Source: Escherichia phage IrisVonRoten. From it: 64,000 nt of DNA. Positions 20,139 through 30,165 of this stretch are shown here, piece by piece (positions within the stretch are counted from its first letter, which is position 1; every line of letters begins with the position of its first letter). The position numbers and the translations under genes are program-made. A model generated the notes under the pieces. It searched no databases, was not told the DNA's origin, and was given only the letters and a program-made list of their open reading frames with translations. Where the stretch lies: sequence record MZ501075; one strand, given 5' to 3'.

Positions 20139-22013
20139 TTATTTAGCTCGAATATCCTGATGTTTCACCCTGCCCATAACCTCGTGCTGTTTGCCGGGGT
20201 TAAATGGACGAGCACCTGGATTTCCAAGATACCCACAAACTCGACGAGTTACTTCAAGAGTTTCGGGGTCATGATTACCACAGATAGGGCACTTAAACCC
20301 ATCTTCGGATGCTACTGTTTCACCTAAGAATCCACATTTACCGCAAGAATCCACTGGAGTATTAATACCGAAGTAATGAACTTTACTAGCAGCATAATTA
20401 ATAACCCATTCCAGTGCATCTGGGAATCGTTTCATATCTGGTAGTTCTACATAGGAAATACACCCACCAGAAGCAATAGGAGTAAAGTTAGATTCATAAT
20501 CAAATTTCACGTTAGGAGCAACTTTACGTTCCACATCAAGGTGGTGAGAGTTGGTGTAGTATCCTTTGGACAGAATATCTTCATGCTCCGGGAAATATTC
20601 ACGGTCTAGACGACAAAAGCGATCACATAGGGACTCTGATGGTGTAGCATACAGGCTATAACCTAACTTAGTCTCTTCCTTCTTCTGATCGACCCTATCC
20701 CGCATGTACTGCAATACACGCTGAACAAACTTGATGCAGGTCTCAGACATTGTATCTACATCTTTGCCAAACATGAACTGTAGCATTTCATGGCAACCAA
20801 TATACCCCAGAGATACAGAAGCACGGTTATAGAAATGATCGAATACATATTCATCCGGCCCTAAGCGTAGTCCAAAGGCTCCTGACATATAGAGGATGGG
20901 TGCGGCTTTAGCTTGAATGTACTTTAAGCGATCAACTCTCCACTCCAATGCTTTTAACGCTGTATCCACACGTAGCTCGAGCAAATCAAAGAATAGATCA
21001 ATATTCCCTTCAGCTTCGATAGCAATTCTAGGCAGGTTTACAGAAACAACACCTAAGTTATTACGACCTGCAGTTTCACCATCTTCTGTAGCAGCCAGGA
21101 ATGAACGGCAGCCCATAGAAACTTTATAGTCACCAGTAACTTCCACAACCTTATCGTAGCTGATATAGTCGGGATACATACGTTCAGCAGTACATTTCAT
21201 AGCTAACTTCTTGACGTCATAATTAACATCTCCTGGCTTCATATTTACGCCATCACGCAGAACAAACACCAGTTTCGGGAAGATAGCTGTACGTTTATTG
21301 ATACCTAAACCATCCATGCGTACTTTCAGTATTGCTTTCTGTACTAGACGTGCTTCCCAAGAAGTTCCTAGACCAAAACCAAAGGTAATAAATGGACTCT
21401 GACCATTAGAGTTGAACATGGTATTGATTTCATATTCTAAACCCTGACAAGCGTCATAGACTTCTTTTTCAGTCATCTCCGTAGCCATTACGGATGCTTT
21501 GGCTTCATCCTTAGTCCAACGTTTTGCAAACGCATGATTTTTGTCATAGGATTTACGAACATAAGGGGCTAATACTTCATCAAGGCGATCTACAGAAGTA
21601 CCACCATACTGATGGGAGCTAACCTGAGTGATAATCTGAGCAGTAATAGCCGCCGCAGTAGTGATAGAGTTTGGAGTGCTAATTTCAGCATTACCAACCT
21701 TCATACCATTCTTCAACATATCTTCCAAAGCTACCAGACAACAGTTAGTCATACCTAATGCAGCATAATCAGCATCATGGAAATGAATATCTCCAATCAT
21801 ATGAGCATTTCGAATCTGAATTGGCATTTCTTCTAGAATCAGATATTTACTTAACTCCCCTGCAAGCATATCCCTTTGTGTAGGGAAACGCTCAGAGGGT
21901 TTATTCGCATTATTAAAGAGAAGCTCTTCATCAGCAGAACCCTCAATAATTTCTTTGCAGTTTCTAATCAAGGACTGCATTTCCTTGTATTTTAGTTCAT
22001 CATTGCGATTCAT
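20139..22013 (-). CDS. nrdD: anaerobic ribonucleoside-triphosphate reductase (class III)
   Basis: C-terminal glycyl-radical motif RVCGYLG and Cys-rich zinc ribbon. Confidence 0.9.
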   Translation of the reverse strand: MNRNDELKYKEMQSLIRNCKEIIEGSADEELLFNNANKPSERFPTQRDMLAGELSKYLILEEMPIQIRNAHMIGDIHFHDADYAALGMTNCCLVALEDMLKNGMKVGNAEISTPNSITTAAAITAQIITQVSSHQYGGTSVDRLDEVLAPYVRKSYDKNHAFAKRWTKDEAKASVMATEMTEKEVYDACQGLEYEINTMFNSNGQSPFITFGFGLGTSWEARLVQKAILKVRMDGLGINKRTAIFPKLVFVLRDGVNMKPGDVNYDVKKLAMKCTAERMYPDYISYDKVVEVTGDYKVSMGCRSFLAATEDGETAGRNNLGVVSVNLPRIAIEAEGNIDLFFDLLELRVDTALKALEWRVDRLKYIQAKAAPILYMSGAFGLRLGPDEYVFDHFYNRASVSLGYIGCHEMLQFMFGKDVDTMSETCIKFVQRVLQYMRDRVDQKKEETKLGYSLYATPSESLCDRFCRLDREYFPEHEDILSKGYYTNSHHLDVERKVAPNVKFDYESNFTPIASGGCISYVELPDMKRFPDALEWVINYAASKVHYFGINTPVDSCGKCGFLGETVASEDGFKCPICGNHDPETLEVTRRVCGYLGNPGARPFNPGKQHEVMGRVKHQDIRAK

Positions 22014-22042
22014 TATACTCTCCTTCTCTAACTAAGACTACT

Positions 22043-22071
22043 ATTATAGCTTATTCAAGGGCAAATGTCAA
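22043..22071 (-). promoter_or_regulatory. consensus sigma70 promoter for nrdD
   Basis: Reverse strand TTGACA, 17-bp spacer, TATAAT just upstream of nrdD. Confidence 0.65.
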
Positions 22072-22140
22072 TATAATTTTTCTCTTAGATATTGTATTTT
22101 GATCTGTGCTAAAAGGTTAGCAAATTGTTAAAAAATTTAT

Positions 22141-22169
22141 TTGCTATTTTGTACTTAAAATAGTATAAT
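22141..22169 (+). promoter_or_regulatory. T5-type early promoter (divergent from nrdD promoter)
   Basis: TTGCTA, 17-bp spacer, TATAAT. Confidence 0.6.
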
Positions 22170-22281
22170 CACGCGCCTATGTACGCGGTATAAAATGATT
22201 ATCTAATACCATACATTTCCCATTAAAAGCAAGCAAATTTTTTATTTAAATGCAATATCATAGGCTTATTTAAAATTGTAG

Positions 22282-22310
22282 TTGCTTTTTACTGTATATA
22301 CTGGTATAAT
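22282..22310 (+). promoter_or_regulatory. T5-type early promoter upstream of phoH
   Basis: TTGCTT, 17-bp spacer, TATAAT. Confidence 0.65.
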
Positions 22311-22383
22311 ATATTTGTAAGTTGATAAACAAGATCTTTTTGTTGATCCTCTGTTAGCGAAGTACACTATAGGAGTGTTATTT

Positions 22384-23136
22384 ATGGGAAAAGCACGTCA
22401 AAAAAGAGAGAACCGCAATGGTTCAAGAAAGCGTGGCAACAAATATGAGAATAACGTAATTCAGGCTGATTTTTCTAATGATTACGCTAACCCAGTTGCT
22501 AAATCCCTAGTAGGTAAAAACCGAGAGCAAAAATCATATATCAATATGATCAAGAACAACACAGTGACTGTGGGTATCGGTGAGCCAGGTACTGGTAAAA
22601 CCTTTATCCCGTCTGTTCTTGCAGCTCAGGAACTCGTAGACATTCACTCAGATATTGAGCAAGTGATCCTCGTACGTCCTAACGAACCTCTAGGTAAGTC
22701 TCTTGGTATGCTTCCTGGTGACCTAGCAGAAAAGCTAGAGCCTTGGTTAGAGCCAATAGCTGATGGTATGAAATGGGCCATCGGTGATCATGCCTATAAG
22801 GGATATGTCGAACGTCAGAAAATTAAATTTTTGGCTATAGAACATGCTCGTGGCAGAACTTTCAACAACTCCTATGTAATTGTCGATGAAGCTCAGAATA
22901 TTTCCGTTGAGGCAATGGTTTGTCTCCTAACTCGTGTAGGACAAGACTGCCGTTTAATTATCTGCGGGGATATAGCTCAAAAAGACATTAAAGGTGACTC
23001 AGGTCTAGCACTTCTTATGGAAGTTTATGAGAAATATGAAAATGCTCCATTCTCAATGATCGAATTAATTGATAACGTTCGTTCTGCTGAGTCTAAAGCA
23101 TTCTACGATATTTTTAAAGACATGGGGAAGGTGTAA
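22384..23136 (+). CDS. phoH: PhoH-like ATPase
   Basis: Walker A GEPGTGKT; ATG after AGGAG SD. Confidence 0.85.
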   Translation: MGKARQKRENRNGSRKRGNKYENNVIQADFSNDYANPVAKSLVGKNREQKSYINMIKNNTVTVGIGEPGTGKTFIPSVLAAQELVDIHSDIEQVILVRPNEPLGKSLGMLPGDLAEKLEPWLEPIADGMKWAIGDHAYKGYVERQKIKFLAIEHARGRTFNNSYVIVDEAQNISVEAMVCLLTRVGQDCRLIICGDIAQKDIKGDSGLALLMEVYEKYENAPFSMIELIDNVRSAESKAFYDIFKDMGKV

Positions 23137-23137
23137 T

Positions 23138-23335
23138 ATGGGAGACGTTGTACATCTACACCGAAAAACTAAAATACATCGTACTTCACTGAGTGCTGCT
23201 AATATGATTACACGTAAGGAAGGGGAAGAAAGTCCTAAGACTACCCTAGCGTGGAAAATTGTAACCTCAAATCCAAATCGGCCCTTCAATTATAATGAAC
23301 TAAGTACCTCAATAGATATTCTGCTGAGAACTTAA
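23138..23335 (+). CDS. hypothetical small protein
   Basis: ATG after GGAAGGTG SD immediately after the phoH stop. Confidence 0.4.
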   Translation: MGDVVHLHRKTKIHRTSLSAANMITRKEGEESPKTTLAWKIVTSNPNRPFNYNELSTSIDILLRT

Positions 23336-23479
23336 GTGGCCAAAAACTAGACTGACAACACAGAAGGCCTGGGTATGAAAATACTCGGGCCTTTTCTATC
23401 AGAAAATTTTATTTGCCAAATGACTGAGAATAAAGTAGAATATTCCTTAAATCCTGATAACTATAAAAAGGAAAACCAA

Positions 23480-25810
23480 ATGAGCCATCGCATTGAAAAA
23501 GTAATTAAACGTGACGGTACTGTAGAAGACTTTGCTCCTGAAAAACTCAATGGTTGGGCAGAGTATGGTTGCAAAACAGTTGATGTAAGTTGGTCAGCCA
23601 TTACTATGGCTGCTCAAAAAACTCTGCCTAAAGGGGTTGTAGATTCCGACACTCTGATGGATGCTTTAATTAAGGCTGCTGAAAGTCTTATCAAAGATAA
23701 TCCAGCATACGACGTGCCAGCAAAGGAATTACGTCTTGCGCAAATGCGTAAACGCCTTTATGATTCCTTCGAACCACCTTCTCTGCGCTTTTTCCACGAT
23801 CATATGGTTAGTGTAGGTGCATGGGAAGACATGAGTGCATGGATTACCAATGAGCAATTTGAAGCTCTGAATCAGGTTATCGACCATGATCGCGACCGTC
23901 TTTTCACTAGCGGAGGATTGAAACAATTCTTTGATAAGTATTCTCGTCGTAATATCGCAACTGGCGAAATTTACGAAACCCCGCAATTTGCCTATATGGG
24001 TATGGCAATGGCGATGTTATCTCAACCTAATTGGACAATTCTAGATGCAATCGACCTCTACAACGCAATGTCGCTACACAAAATCAACGTTCCTACGCCG
24101 CCATTGGTTGGCTTGCGCTCTAGTGACCGTGGATTTGCTAGTTGCTGCCTCGTGGATTCCACTGACACGTTGGATTCAATCGACACAGCCGAGCACATCG
24201 TCTTCAAAATGGTCGCAGCCAGAGCGGGAATCGGGTATCATCTTGAAAGCCGATCAATTGCTGATCCGGTGCGAAATGGGGCATTCCCGCATTCCGGAAA
24301 ACTGCCATATTATCGACACATTGACCGATCAGTAAAGGCTAATACTCAGCAAACTCGTGGCGGTTCTGCTACAGTGTCTTATCCTTACTTTGACCCTGAA
24401 ATCATTCAGTTGATGCAGGTTAAGCAACAACGTGCTACAGATGAGAATAAAATCGATAAGATGGATTATTCTCTGAGCTTCAACAATCTTTTGTTAAAAC
24501 GTTATCTGAAAAATGAAGATATTACGCTAATGTCATACTTCTATGCTCCAGAAGTTCATGAAGCGTTTTATAGTGATGACGAGGCTAAATTTGAAGAAAT
24601 CTATGTGGCAGCGGAGAAACGTGTGGCATCTCTTACAAAGATCGACCACGAAGGAAAAACAGTTCCAGCAGCTCCTAAAGTCTCTGCAAAAGAAATCCTA
24701 GATACTTGGCTACGTATCCGAATGGAAACAGGACGTATGTATGCTCACCACATCGGGGAATCTAATCGTCATGGTAACTTCCTTGATCCGATCCGTATGA
24801 CAAACCTTTGTGTTGAAATTACTCAGCCTACACGCCCATTCCACCACATTACAGAGCTGTATAAAACAAAAGAACAACTTGATCAAATGAAGCCGGAGGA
24901 TATTGGGGAAGTATCTCTGTGTAACTTAGGTGGTGTTGTACTAGGACGCATGGAATCTCTGGCTGAGTGGGAAAAGACTTGCTATATTCTTCTGAAATTC
25001 GTTGATACCATCATTGAAATTCAGGACTATCCGTTCCCAACTATGGAATATACAGCTAAGAAACGTCGTAACGTTGGTATTGGCCTTATGAACGCAGCAG
25101 GTGCAATGGCAGCAGAAGGTCTGGCTTATGAAGGCGTTGAAGCACGTAACTGGATCCATCGTGAAGCTGAAAAACTGTCCTACTTCCTGCATAAAGCTTC
25201 TGTACGTCTGGCTAAAGAACAAGGTGCATGTGAATGGTTTAATCGTACTAAACCATCTAAAGGAACTCTGGTAATCGATACGTATAAGAAAACTGTTGAT
25301 GAGCTGGTATCAGTAGGCCTAGAAATGGATTGGGAATCTCTGCGTGCAGATATTCTGAAATACGGTATGCGTAACTCTGTTCTGACGGCACAGATGCCGG
25401 GAGAAAGTTCTTCCGTTCTGTTAGGGGTTACTAACTCTATTGAACCACCTCGTAAGATTGTATCTATCAAGGGTAGTGCAGTGAATAAAGTAATTGCAAT
25501 TGCTCCCGGTGCAACCGATTGGGAAACTTTAATGAGCTATAAACTGGCTTATGATGTGGATCGTATTGAATGGATCAAATGGGTAGCAACTATGCAGAAA
25601 TTCTTCAGCCAGTCTATCAGTACTAATATGTACTACGACTACACCAAGTTTGAGAATGAAATCATTCCTGGCCCAGTAGTAGTTCGTGATTTCATGACTG
25701 CTGTTAAATATGGTTGGAAGACTTGGTACTACGCAAACTTCAACACTGCGAATGGTGGAGGAGCGGGTGAAGAAGCAGCGGGTTGTGCTTCTGGTGGTTG
25801 CCAGTTGTAA
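23480..25810 (+). CDS. nrdA: ribonucleoside-diphosphate reductase alpha subunit (class I)
   Basis: ATP-cone start IEKVIKRDGTVEDF; C-terminal Cys pair; start at ATG after AAGGAAAA. Confidence 0.9.
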   Translation: MSHRIEKVIKRDGTVEDFAPEKLNGWAEYGCKTVDVSWSAITMAAQKTLPKGVVDSDTLMDALIKAAESLIKDNPAYDVPAKELRLAQMRKRLYDSFEPPSLRFFHDHMVSVGAWEDMSAWITNEQFEALNQVIDHDRDRLFTSGGLKQFFDKYSRRNIATGEIYETPQFAYMGMAMAMLSQPNWTILDAIDLYNAMSLHKINVPTPPLVGLRSSDRGFASCCLVDSTDTLDSIDTAEHIVFKMVAARAGIGYHLESRSIADPVRNGAFPHSGKLPYYRHIDRSVKANTQQTRGGSATVSYPYFDPEIIQLMQVKQQRATDENKIDKMDYSLSFNNLLLKRYLKNEDITLMSYFYAPEVHEAFYSDDEAKFEEIYVAAEKRVASLTKIDHEGKTVPAAPKVSAKEILDTWLRIRMETGRMYAHHIGESNRHGNFLDPIRMTNLCVEITQPTRPFHHITELYKTKEQLDQMKPEDIGEVSLCNLGGVVLGRMESLAEWEKTCYILLKFVDTIIEIQDYPFPTMEYTAKKRRNVGIGLMNAAGAMAAEGLAYEGVEARNWIHREAEKLSYFLHKASVRLAKEQGACEWFNRTKPSKGTLVIDTYKKTVDELVSVGLEMDWESLRADILKYGMRNSVLTAQMPGESSSVLLGVTNSIEPPRKIVSIKGSAVNKVIAIAPGATDWETLMSYKLAYDVDRIEWIKWVATMQKFFSQSISTNMYYDYTKFENEIIPGPVVVRDFMTAVKYGWKTWYYANFNTANGGGAGEEAAGCASGGCQL

Positions 25811-25819
25811 TAAAAGACA

Positions 25820-25847
25820 AGGAGATCTTCGGGTCTCCTTTTTCTTT
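25820..25847 (+). terminator. rho-independent terminator after nrdA
   Basis: GGAGATC-TTCG-GGTCTCC hairpin + TTTTTCTTT. Confidence 0.7.
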
Positions 25848-25857
25848 GAAATTTTAC

Positions 25858-25886
25858 TTGCTAATCGCTACCTGATTTGCTATAAT
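25858..25886 (+). promoter_or_regulatory. T5-type early promoter upstream of nrdB
   Basis: TTGCTA, 17-bp spacer, TATAAT. Confidence 0.65.
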
Positions 25887-25917
25887 ATTCCTGAAATAGT
25901 GAGAAAGAGGAAAATCA

Positions 25918-27063
25918 ATGACTACTTTACTAAACCTGAATTGGGATCATACTAACGCTGATCTTTTCCTGGGCGATTCTCTAGGTATCGCAGATTATGT
26001 ACGTGTAGCACATCCAGAACTAGAACGTCTGGCACTTCTGCAACGCTCTCAATTTTGGACTGAGACAGAAATCAGTTTAGAAGCTGATAAGAAACAATGG
26101 CCTAACCTCCCACGTGAAATTCAGGAAATTACACTTCTGAATTTAGCATGGCAGACTCAAACTGATTCCTTTATCAGTCGAGCGCCTGAAGCAGCTATTA
26201 TGCCACTTGTAAGTCGTCCAGAACTAGAGGGTATGCTCAAGCAGTGGAGCTACTTTGAAGACCTGCATAGTCGTGCTTATAGTAATATTATTCGTAATGT
26301 GCTGACTGATCCAGCAGAATTTATTGATTCTGTAACTAAAAACCAAGAAGCATTTGCACGTATTGCAGATTCTGTTGAACTGTTCGATGAACTGTACCAG
26401 TTAGGTCAGTATTTCATCGCAGTACGTGATCATCGTGGTGACAATACATATCCAGAAACTGAGTTCCCTGAAGTTAAGCGTGAAACTCAGGCTAAACTGT
26501 TAGATGCTTATTTTGCAATCTACGGTCTGGAAGCAATGCAGTTCTACGCATCCTTTGCGTGTACTTTTGCTCTAGCAGAGAACGATATTCTGCAGGGTAT
26601 TGCTAAAAATCTGCAATTAATCGCTAAAGATGAGGCTCTGCACACCCAGATGTCTAAAGCAATCATCCAGATTATGTTCCAGCAGTTTGACAAAGATCTG
26701 GTAGATGAAGCAGTGGCTAAAGCACCAGCACAGCTCCTGAAAACTCTGAAAACTGAAATTGAATGGGGTCATTTCATCTTCAAAGGTCGTAGTCTAATCG
26801 GTTTGAATGCAGAACTTCTAGAAGAATACTTGTACTTTGTGGGGCGTAATGCATTTATGCACATTGGTGTAGAATGGCCTAGTCACTTACCAGTAATCAC
26901 TAAAAACCCTATTCCGTGGATCATGAACTGGTTGGATACTACTTCTCTACAGCCTGCTCCACAAGAAATCCAGATTGGCGCAGCCTACCGTGTAGGTCAG
27001 GTAACTGAGACCTCTACTGATACTCTGAAAGATCTGGGCAATGAATTTGGAGATTTCCTATGA
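25918..27063 (+). CDS. nrdB: ribonucleoside-diphosphate reductase beta subunit
   Basis: Immediately follows nrdA; ferritin-like fold signature. Confidence 0.85.
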   Translation: MTTLLNLNWDHTNADLFLGDSLGIADYVRVAHPELERLALLQRSQFWTETEISLEADKKQWPNLPREIQEITLLNLAWQTQTDSFISRAPEAAIMPLVSRPELEGMLKQWSYFEDLHSRAYSNIIRNVLTDPAEFIDSVTKNQEAFARIADSVELFDELYQLGQYFIAVRDHRGDNTYPETEFPEVKRETQAKLLDAYFAIYGLEAMQFYASFACTFALAENDILQGIAKNLQLIAKDEALHTQMSKAIIQIMFQQFDKDLVDEAVAKAPAQLLKTLKTEIEWGHFIFKGRSLIGLNAELLEEYLYFVGRNAFMHIGVEWPSHLPVITKNPIPWIMNWLDTTSLQPAPQEIQIGAAYRVGQVTETSTDTLKDLGNEFGDFL

Positions 27064-27593
27064 TTACAGCAATGTATGCAGTTGGGCCGAATGGGGAGTT
27101 CGGCCTCCGAGGTAAGCTTCCCTGGGGTTCTTTTAAAGAAGAACTAGATGCTTTTTATTCACAATTAGATGTACTAAATCCTGATAATATTATTATTGGG
27201 GCGGGTACTTATTTAGCTCTTCCATATGCCGTTAGGGAACGTATGATTGGAGCTTCTGACCTATTTATTCGTGCTGATCGTCCATTGCCAGACGATATTA
27301 CACATGATATTTACACTCCCATATCAATGATAGGTGATACACTACCTACTTTTCTAAAAGATCAGCAAACAGTAGTTCTAGGTGGAGCTAATCTTCTTCT
27401 AGAAATGTACCAACATGGACATATTGAAAGTGCTTTTGTATCTACAATTTTTAGCGAGCAGAAGCTAGAGGCAGATACACACCTAGATAGTATGATACTG
27501 GATTATAACTATGAATCCACTCGATTAGTCTATGCAGTTGGCGCAAACAGTGATAACAGCCTGCGATTTGTACAGGAATTGGTTACTTATTAA
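27060..27593 (+). CDS. dihydrofolate reductase
   Basis: N-terminal AVGPNGEFGLRGKLPW. Confidence 0.8.
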   Translation: MITAMYAVGPNGEFGLRGKLPWGSFKEELDAFYSQLDVLNPDNIIIGAGTYLALPYAVRERMIGASDLFIRADRPLPDDITHDIYTPISMIGDTLPTFLKDQQTVVLGGANLLLEMYQHGHIESAFVSTIFSEQKLEADTHLDSMILDYNYESTRLVYAVGANSDNSLRFVQELVTY

Positions 27594-28432
27594 TGCAACA
27601 ATACTTAAAAATTTTGACAGATGTAATTTTACTAGGTGAACCCCGTAATGACCGTACAGGAACAGGCACAGTTTCAATTTTTGATTCCTATGCTAAGTTT
27701 GACCTACGTGAAGGGTTCCCGGCTGTAACTACTAAACGCCTGGCCTGGAAATCAGTAGTAGGAGAACTTTTATGGTTCTTGTCTGGCTCCACAAATCTTC
27801 ATGATCTACGTGTATTCACATTTGGGCGTGACGAAGGACAGTGGACCATCTGGACTCCAAATTATGAAGACCAAGCTATAAGTATGGGGTATGATAAGGG
27901 TAATCTAGGACCAGTATATGGTAAACAGTGGCGTAACTTTGGTGGGCGAGATCAGATTCTAGAACTTATTGAAGGACTCAAGAATAATCCTCATGGCCGC
28001 AGACATCTAGTTTCTGCGTGGAACGTAGCTGAACTTGATAAAATGGCATTACCACCTTGTCACTACGGCTTCCAGTGTTATGTAAGTAACGATGGATACC
28101 TAGATCTTAAATGGACACAACGCTCTGTGGATTGTTTCCTCGGTTTACCTTTCAATATTGCTAGTTATGCTTTATTAACGCATATATTAGCAAAACTGAC
28201 AGGATTAAAACCTCGTTATCTTATCTTTAGTGGCGGTGATACTCATATCTATAATGACCACATGGAACAGGTAGAAGAACAGGTAAAACGCAAGCCACGC
28301 CCTCTACCAACTCTAGTAATGCCAGAGTTTGTAGATCTTTACGATTTATTAGAAAACAATACAGCAGCTTGGTCATTCCATTTAGAGGGGTACGATCCTC
28401 ATCCAGCTCTTAAAGCTAAAATGTCCTCTTAA
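27593..28432 (+). CDS. thyA: thymidylate synthase
   Basis: Active-site PPCHYGFQCYV. Confidence 0.9.
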   Translation: MQQYLKILTDVILLGEPRNDRTGTGTVSIFDSYAKFDLREGFPAVTTKRLAWKSVVGELLWFLSGSTNLHDLRVFTFGRDEGQWTIWTPNYEDQAISMGYDKGNLGPVYGKQWRNFGGRDQILELIEGLKNNPHGRRHLVSAWNVAELDKMALPPCHYGFQCYVSNDGYLDLKWTQRSVDCFLGLPFNIASYALLTHILAKLTGLKPRYLIFSGGDTHIYNDHMEQVEEQVKRKPRPLPTLVMPEFVDLYDLLENNTAAWSFHLEGYDPHPALKAKMSS

Positions 28433-28447
28433 CTTAAATAGCCCTTC

Positions 28448-28475
28448 GGGGCTATTATATTTAAATTTCATTTGC
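28448..28475 (+). terminator. terminator hairpin after thyA
   Basis: ATAGCCC-TTCG-GGGCTAT hairpin followed by T-rich tract. Confidence 0.6.
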
Positions 28476-28500
28476 TTATTTAGTGAAATTTAAATATAAT
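28472..28500 (+). promoter_or_regulatory. T5-type early promoter
   Basis: TTGCTT, 17-bp spacer, TATAAT. Confidence 0.65.
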
Positions 28501-28525
28501 ATATTTTATAAATTGGAGGTATACA

Positions 28526-28807
28526 ATGATTTCAGCCAAAGAAGCCCAAGAACTTGCAGGATTAACAGAAGTACCTGCATTTCTAAAGTTTATAGAAGAA
28601 AAGATTGTAGAAGCTGCTAAGTCTGGAAATACAGAAGTAATTATTCGAGATAATCCTTACGCTAGGTGGCTATATAATCCTAGAGAAATGCCAGGAGCCG
28701 CTAAATCGGTACTAAAAACCTTATCGGATAAGGGGTATCATCTCTCACAATACTACCGAGAAGCCACCTTTGTAGACATGGGTCTTAAAATTAGTTGGGA
28801 GGTATAA
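28526..28807 (+). CDS. hypothetical protein
   Basis: 93-aa ORF after T5-type promoter. Confidence 0.55.
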   Translation: MISAKEAQELAGLTEVPAFLKFIEEKIVEAAKSGNTEVIIRDNPYARWLYNPREMPGAAKSVLKTLSDKGYHLSQYYREATFVDMGLKISWEV

Positions 28808-29283
28808 TGTCGGTTTTCCACATTTATACAGATGGTGCTTGTAAGTCTAACCCAGGTCCAGGCGCTTGGGGTTTTATTGTCTATGATGATAACGACGATC
28901 GTTTAGGTTCTAAATCTGGTTATAACCCTAAAACTACAAATAATGAGATGGAACTCACAGCTATCGTAGAAGCCCTACGTTGGTCTGTTAAAAAAGATAA
29001 TAGACCAATTGCTATCTATACTGACTCTGCTTATTGCAAAAATGGCATGGAAAGTTGGATGTTTTCTTGGCAAAGGAAAGGCTGGAAGAAAGCAGATGGT
29101 GAAGTTCCTCTTAATCTAGAACTTTGGCAGGAAGCATTTAAATTAACACAGCAGTATATCAACTTTCATAATACTAACCCTACTTTTATTAAGGTTAAAG
29201 GACATTCTGGTATTAGTGGTAATGAAGCTGTAGACGCCTTATGTAACACAGTTATTACTGAAGCTGAAATGGCTGAGATGTGA
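28807..29283 (+). CDS. ribonuclease H (RNase HI family)
   Basis: HIYTDGACKSNPGPGAWG motif. Confidence 0.8.
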   Translation: MSVFHIYTDGACKSNPGPGAWGFIVYDDNDDRLGSKSGYNPKTTNNEMELTAIVEALRWSVKKDNRPIAIYTDSAYCKNGMESWMFSWQRKGWKKADGEVPLNLELWQEAFKLTQQYINFHNTNPTFIKVKGHSGISGNEAVDALCNTVITEAEMAEM

Positions 29284-29303
29284 TAAATAAGTTAAAAATC
29301 TTC

Positions 29304-29332
29304 TTGCTTAAAGCCCTCTAATTTAGTATAAT
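29304..29332 (+). promoter_or_regulatory. T5-type early promoter
   Basis: TTGCTT, 17-bp spacer, TATAAT. Confidence 0.65.
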
Positions 29333-29359
29333 ATTCGTATTGAAAGTGAGGAGGGCTTT

Positions 29360-29644
29360 ATGCGAATTTATAACTCAAATTCATTAGGATTTAAACCGTT
29401 GAGAAAACGTGCACAATCACCTCGTCAAATAAGAAAGGCTAATATTGGTGAGCCAGAAACACGTCTTCCACCTCCTCCAGAACAACGTTTAGTTTATCTG
29501 GATGAAGAATTAGCTGAACGCGAAGGAAAAGCTCAAGAAGAGATTGAGCGTAAGAAAATGTGTACTGCTCCAGCCTACTCCAAAGGGGCTTATCAGTATA
29601 TCTATACAGCCGAAGAGGCTAAAGATGCGGGGCGTAAAAAATGA
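29360..29644 (+). CDS. hypothetical protein
   Basis: Strong GTGAGGAGG SD. Confidence 0.55.
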   Translation: MRIYNSNSLGFKPLRKRAQSPRQIRKANIGEPETRLPPPPEQRLVYLDEELAEREGKAQEEIERKKMCTAPAYSKGAYQYIYTAEEAKDAGRKK

Positions 29645-30090
29645 AGATTACTGAATTTAAAGGTGCTTATAGTTTCTTATCTAACTTTTATTTATCACCA
29701 ATTACTTTCGAATATCTAAATGAAATATGGCATGCTGATACTGTAGAACATGCTTTTCAGGCTATGAAATCCGACCAAAAAGATGATGTAGCTCATGTAC
29801 TACGCTCCCTAAATGCAGGAGTTGCTAAACGTAGAGGACGTAAATTAACTCTACGCTCTGACTGGGATAAGGTAAAAGATGATGTAATGCTAGAGCTTTT
29901 ACGGTTAAAGTTTGCAATCCCTGATTTGAGAGATAAACTGTTAGCAACAGAAAATGCAACTTTGATTGAAGGAAATACCTGGGGAGATACATATTGGGGT
30001 GTTTGCCGAGGCATCGGGGATAATACTTTAGGAGTTCTTTTGATGCAGGTAAGGTCTGAAATTAAAAGAAGCTTACAGTTAATAAATTAA
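29641..30090 (+). CDS. NADAR / YbiA-like (DUF1768) protein
   Basis: GAYSFLSNFY...HAFQAMK...NTLGVLLMQVR pattern typical of the YbiA/NADAR family. Confidence 0.65.
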   Translation: MKITEFKGAYSFLSNFYLSPITFEYLNEIWHADTVEHAFQAMKSDQKDDVAHVLRSLNAGVAKRRGRKLTLRSDWDKVKDDVMLELLRLKFAIPDLRDKLLATENATLIEGNTWGDTYWGVCRGIGDNTLGVLLMQVRSEIKRSLQLIN

Positions 30091-30098
30091 AAATTCAT

Positions 30099-30127
30099 TT
30101 GCTAAACGCTTCAAATTCTCGTATAAT
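30099..30127 (+). promoter_or_regulatory. T5-type early promoter
   Basis: TTGCTA, 17-bp spacer, TATAAT. Confidence 0.7.
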
Positions 30128-30165
30128 ATACTTCATAAATTGATAAACAAAAAGGAAAACAAATA

